A DNA stretch of 64,000 bases from Acidobacteriota bacterium. Its GTDB lineage: Bacteria; Acidobacteriota; Blastocatellia; UBA7656. This document shows, in pieces, positions 59,831 through 64,000 of the stretch (positions are counted from its first letter, which is position 1; every line of letters begins with the position of its first letter). The position numbers were made by a program, and so were the translations under genes. The notes below the pieces were generated by a model. It saw only the letters and a list, made by a program, of their open reading frames with translations, had not been told where the DNA came from and made no database searches. The stretch spans positions 11,752-75,751 of the forward strand of contig JACQDB010000106.1 in assembly GCA_016201275.1 (NCBI GenBank), in the 5' to 3' direction.

Positions 59831-61048
59831 ATGAGCAGCAGCAAAAGTTTTATTCTCCTATTTTTGTGCGCTCTTCTCGTCACTTTTGGCCATCAACAAA
59901 CACCGGCGCAGGAGAAGCCCAACCAAGCCCAGCGGCTGTTGTCGCGTGCGGTGCAACTGCATCAGGCCGGTGATCTAGAAGGAGCCATTCGCGAGTATAA
60001 AAACTTTCTCATCATCTATCCCAACATCATCGAAGTGCGCTCCAATCTCGGCGCGGCTTACGCTCGCCTCGGACGTTATGAAGAGGCCGTAGAGCAGTAT
60101 CAACAGGCGGTGAAACTCGATAAGAGTAACAATCCGGCGATTCGCTTCAACCTCGCGCTGGGTTATTACAAAATGGGCAAGCTCAACGAGGCGGCGCAGG
60201 AGTTCGCCCGCCTAGTGGCCAGCGATGCGACCAATACCAATGCGACGTTGTTGCTGGCCGATTGTTATCTGCGGTCGGGCGAAGTGCAAAAAGTTATTCA
60301 CCTGCTATCGCCGCTACAGGCGAAATTGGGCGAAGATAAAACCTTTGCTTATCTGTTGGGGTCGGCGTTGATTCACGCCCATCAAACGGCACAAGGGCAA
60401 CTCTTGATTGATCGCATATTGCGCGATGGCGATTCGGCGGAAGCGCGTTTGATGATGGGCGTGGCGCAGTTGCTGGCGCACGATTATACGGGGGCGGTAA
60501 ACGCGATCAAACGCGCCATAGACTTGAACGACAAGCTTCCGGTGGCTCATTCGTTTTATGGACAAGCCTTGCTGGGGGCTGGCGACCGCGAGGGCGCGCT
60601 GCAGGCGTTTCAACAAGAACTGCTCAATAATGCCAATGATTTTGAGGCCAATCTCTATATCGGAATCTTGCTCAAAGAAGAGCAGAAGTTTGATCAGGCG
60701 TTGCCATTTTTTCAGCAAGCGCAGCGCGTGCGTCCTCAAGAATTGAACGTCAACTATTTCATTGCCAGTGTCCAGATGGCGCTCGGTAAAATGGACGAAG
60801 CGCAAAAGCTGTTGGAAGCGGTGGTCAAAGAAGCGCCCGATTTCGTGGAGGCTCATGTGTTGCTGGCGACGGCCTATTATCGCCTCAAACGCAAAGATGC
60901 AGGCGACCGCGAACGCCGCATCATTCAAAAATTGAACGCCGAACGACAGGCAAACGCGCCCGGCGCAAAAGCGAATTTAGGCCCTGCCTATCGCGGTGAA
61001 TCAGTGCCGCCGCCGCCCACGAAAAAACCTGAAGAGCAACACCCTTGA
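59831..61048 (+). CDS. tetratricopeptide (TPR) repeat protein, exported
   Basis: 405 aa with a signal peptide. It has multiple 34-aa TPR units (e.g. AIREYKNFLIIYPNIIEVRSNLGAAYARLGRYEEA). Confidence 0.85.
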   Translation: MSSSKSFILLFLCALLVTFGHQQTPAQEKPNQAQRLLSRAVQLHQAGDLEGAIREYKNFLIIYPNIIEVRSNLGAAYARLGRYEEAVEQYQQAVKLDKSNNPAIRFNLALGYYKMGKLNEAAQEFARLVASDATNTNATLLLADCYLRSGEVQKVIHLLSPLQAKLGEDKTFAYLLGSALIHAHQTAQGQLLIDRILRDGDSAEARLMMGVAQLLAHDYTGAVNAIKRAIDLNDKLPVAHSFYGQALLGAGDREGALQAFQQELLNNANDFEANLYIGILLKEEQKFDQALPFFQQAQRVRPQELNVNYFIASVQMALGKMDEAQKLLEAVVKEAPDFVEAHVLLATAYYRLKRKDAGDRERRIIQKLNAERQANAPGAKANLGPAYRGESVPPPPTKKPEEQHP

Positions 61049-61123
61049 ACCGGAGGCAAAAGTGACAAGGCAAAAGTGAAAAGGCAGAAGAAACTACGCT
61101 GCCCGGTTGAACGGTGCAAGTCT

Positions 61124-61240
61124 TATAGCGGGTTGCAGAGGTATGCGATTGGTTGAGAGGCGGTCTGCGACCGCCAAGCGGCAGCCAGAGACCGCCTCTT
61201 AACCAAGTGTTGCGGTTGTGGGCAAATGAAATTCTCTATA
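61124..61240 (+). mobile_element. MITE/REP-like element, second family, copy 2
   Basis: tatagcgggttgcagaggtatgcgattggttgagaggcggtctgcgaccgcc...gggcaaatgaaattctctata. It is collinear with 41399-41493 and has a ~22-nt insertion in the central hairpin. Confidence 0.6.
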
Positions 61241-61346
61241 TGGGTTTTGCGCCGAAGACGCAGCGGCAATCAACCTGTCGTGCAGTCACTGGAACAGGAG
61301 TTCTTTCAACTCCGTAAGCTCTGAACGGAGCAGGTAAGCAGTCGTA

Positions 61347-62618
61347 GTGAGAAACATCGTGAGCCGAATCCATTTTCAACGCGCTTTTTTTTTCGTGGTC
61401 GCCGTGACGCTGTTGGTTGCTGCGTCCATCGCTGCATTGGCGCAATCAAAGAGCGCCTCGAAAAAAACTCCGTCCACGTCCGGTCAGGCCAAAGCTTCCG
61501 TGCCGCCTATGGATGCGCGAGTGCAGGCCGAATTCAAGCGACTCTCGAAACAGGCCGACCAGGCGCGCGAAAGCGGTCGGCTGGAAGACGCCATCGCCTT
61601 GTACCACAGCGCTCTGCGCTTGCGTCCGAGTTGGCCGGAGGGCTGGTGGTATCTCAGTTCCATTTTTTATGACCGCGACCGCTACCACGAAGCCCGCGAG
61701 GGCTTGCGAAATCTGCTCGCCCTACAGCCGAAAAACGGCCCGGCCTGGGCCTTGATTGGGCTTTGCGAATTTCAATTGAGCGAGTATCAACCGGCGCTTG
61801 CTGACCTGCAATATGCTCACGCTTTAGGTCTGGGAGAAAGCCGCGAGTTGATCGCTGTGGCGCGTTATCACGCCGCCATTTTGATGACTCGTTCGCAGCA
61901 ATTCGAGTTGGGCTATGAAGCGCTGCGCGACTTTGCGCGGCAAGGCAATGAAAGCTTGAGCCTCATCGAAGCTCTCGGCGTCAATATGTTGCGTATGCCG
62001 TTTTTGCCTTCGGAGGTGCCACCCGACAAACGCGAACTGATTTTGCTGGCCGGTCGCGCCGCTTTTCACATGGCAGCGCGGCACATTCAAGCGACGCAAA
62101 GAGCCTTTCAAGAACTCCTCGTCCGCTACCCGGAAACTCCGAATGTGCATTATGGCTACGGCGTTTTTCTGTTGACCGATACACCGGATGCGGCGCTCGC
62201 AGAGTTCCAACGCGAATTGCAAATCTCGCCGATGCACCTGGCTGCTTTGATGCAAATTGCTTTCGAGTACCTCAAGCGTAGCGATTTTGAAGCAGCCAAA
62301 CCTTATGCCGAAAAGGCCGTGGAGGTCTCGCCAAAACTGTTTGCCACGCACAATGCTTTGGGGCGCGTGTTGCTGGAATTAGGCAAGGTTGATGAAGCGA
62401 TTCAAGAGTTGGAAGTGGGAACGCGGCTGGCACCCGATAGTCCAGAGATGCACTTTGCGCTGGCCAAAGCTTACGCCCGCGCCGGTCGCAAAGACGCCGC
62501 CGCCACAGAGCGCGCTCTGTTTATACAGCTCGACAAACAGCAACGCACGCAACGCGAAGGGGCGCAATCGGTCGGCGGCATTGAGGCCAAGCCGCCGGAT
62601 AAAAATCCGCAAAAATAA
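61347..62618 (+). CDS. tetratricopeptide (TPR) repeat protein, exported
   Basis: 423 aa with a GTG start and a signal peptide (FFFVVAVTLLVAASIAALAQ). It has several TPR units. Confidence 0.85.
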   Translation: MRNIVSRIHFQRAFFFVVAVTLLVAASIAALAQSKSASKKTPSTSGQAKASVPPMDARVQAEFKRLSKQADQARESGRLEDAIALYHSALRLRPSWPEGWWYLSSIFYDRDRYHEAREGLRNLLALQPKNGPAWALIGLCEFQLSEYQPALADLQYAHALGLGESRELIAVARYHAAILMTRSQQFELGYEALRDFARQGNESLSLIEALGVNMLRMPFLPSEVPPDKRELILLAGRAAFHMAARHIQATQRAFQELLVRYPETPNVHYGYGVFLLTDTPDAALAEFQRELQISPMHLAALMQIAFEYLKRSDFEAAKPYAEKAVEVSPKLFATHNALGRVLLELGKVDEAIQELEVGTRLAPDSPEMHFALAKAYARAGRKDAAATERALFIQLDKQQRTQREGAQSVGGIEAKPPDKNPQK

Positions 62619-62794
62619 GAACGGCACGCTGGCCTTGAAGAACCGCGTTGCTGTAAAACTTTCGGTAGCCTGGTAGGGGCGACGCTGTGGGGGTTGCCAC
62701 TTCTGGAAATTTAGAGATTGCATAAAGGGGCGACCCCCGCAGCGTCGCCCGTACCGTATGATTCGCATTTCTATAAACCGCGAAAAAGGGTTTC

Positions 62795-64000
62795 ATGTTG
62801 CCAAGCATTTTTAATACTCGCCTGATTGCTAAACCCGCTTTCTGCAACGCCACGGCTCTGGGAATATTGTGCCTCTTTGCCTTGTCGCCGATTTTGTTGT
62901 CAACCGCCAGCGCCCGTCAGAGCGGCCCAACCAGCACGACCGCTGCCAACCGTCCGCAAGTAGATACGACCATTCCGGCCTTTGAAGAAATTCCCGCCTC
63001 GGTAAGCGGCATCAACTGGTTTCACGACAACGCCATGTCCGAGCAACGCTATCTGCCGGAAACTCTAGGCCCCGGTTGCGCCTTTTTTGACTATGACAAC
63101 GATGGCTGGATGGATGTCTATCTGGTCAACTACGGCTTGAGTGATTTTTATAAGCCTACAAAACCAACGACGCGTAACGCGCTCTATCGCAATAATCACG
63201 ATGGCACGTTCAGCGATGTAACCGACAAAGCCGGAGTCGCAGGCGGCACGTTCGGCATGGGCGTGGCCGTCGGCGATTACAACAACGACGGCTTTGCCGA
63301 TATGCTTGTCACCGCTTATGGCAAGTGCATACTCTATCGCAACAACGGCAACGGCACCTTCACTGACGCCACCGAAAAAGCTGGCGTAGCGGCATCCGGT
63401 TGGACGACCAGCGCCGTGTGGTTCGATTATGACAACGATGGTTTGCTGGATTTATTCCTGTGCAGTTTCGTGCAATTCGGTTTGAACAAACACATCTTTT
63501 GCGGCGATAACAAATTGGGACGCCATTACTATTGCATACCGCGCATCTTCAACCCTGCACCGAGCCTGCTCTTTCATAACAACGGCGACGGCACTTTCAG
63601 CGAAACCGGTAAAGGTACCGACATCGAAAAAGCGCTGGGCAAAGCCTTGGGCGTCGTCGCCACGGACATCAACAACGATGGCTTGATGGATTTATTTGTC
63701 GCCAACGACACGGTGCAGAATTTTCTCTTCATCAATCGCGGCAAAGGCCAATGGGAAGAAGCGGGGCTGGCCGCCGAAGTCGGCTTCAGCGCCAACGGTG
63801 CGCCGCGTTCCGGCATGGGCGTTGACGCCGCCGATTTCGATGGCGACGGCTGGCAAGATTTATTCGTCGCCAATGTTGACCAAGAGATGTATTCGCTCTA
63901 TCGCAACAACAAAGACGAAACTTTTACGGATGTGGCGCGACCCAACGGCGTGGCCGAGGCGACCCGGTTGATGAGCGGTTGGGGCTTGAAGTTTTTTGAT
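62795..64000 (+). CDS. FG-GAP/VCBS-repeat protein (CRTAC1 / ASPIC-UnbV type), 3'-truncated by window end
   Basis: Starts at the ATG at 62795 and stays open to the window end (402 codons). It has a signal peptide and repeated motifs [75 protein letters not shown] and [12 protein letters not shown]. Confidence 0.85.
   Translation, partial: MLPSIFNTRLIAKPAFCNATALGILCLFALSPILLSTASARQSGPTSTTAANRPQVDTTIPAFEEIPASVSGINWFHDNAMSEQRYLPETLGPGCAFFDYDNDGWMDVYLVNYGLSDFYKPTKPTTRNALYRNNHDGTFSDVTDKAGVAGGTFGMGVAVGDYNNDGFADMLVTAYGKCILYRNNGNGTFTDATEKAGVAASGWTTSAVWFDYDNDGLLDLFLCSFVQFGLNKHIFCGDNKLGRHYYCIPRIFNPAPSLLFHNNGDGTFSETGKGTDIEKALGKALGVVATDINNDGLMDLFVANDTVQNFLFINRGKGQWEEAGLAAEVGFSANGAPRSGMGVDAADFDGDGWQDLFVANVDQEMYSLYRNNKDETFTDVARPNGVAEATRLMSGWGLKFFD

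Overview
This is a chromosomal window from a moderately GC-rich bacterium. The gene content fits Acidobacteriota best: a ~1200-aa CarboxypepD_reg-type TonB-dependent receptor, TPR plus FG-GAP/CRTAC1 proteins, a PEP-CTERM-type EPS locus and PTPS-related membrane proteins. That assignment is inference and was not checked against any database. Housekeeping genes include recF-gyrB, thiS-thiG, dut, secA, corA, msrPQ, an enoyl-CoA hydratase, a yqeY-like gene and an APC permease. No tRNA, rRNA or CRISPR was recognised. The notable accessory content is as follows. (1) A 1.9-kb AT-rich cassette (19343-21275) sits in the 3' end of dut, bracketed by 22-bp direct repeats and a displaced second copy of the dut tail. 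It encodes only an ABC/SMC-type ATPase and a DUF4276-like (TOPRIM-like) protein. I consider it the best candidate for an uncharacterised defence-type system. (2) Several families of MITE/REP-like palindromic elements are present. One ~127-bp family has three copies, and one of these supplies the stop codon of the enoyl-CoA hydratase gene. (3) A multi-PAS sensor gene is interrupted by a single in-frame TAG and ends in a 4-Cys domain instead of a kinase. (4) A lower-GC patch holds an orphan PqqD-like (RiPP recognition element) gene, small ORFs and direct repeats. (5) A PEP-CTERM/exosortase-style EPS export locus has a divergent LuxR regulator but no exosortase in the window. All family assignments come from motif recognition by eye, and no searches were run.
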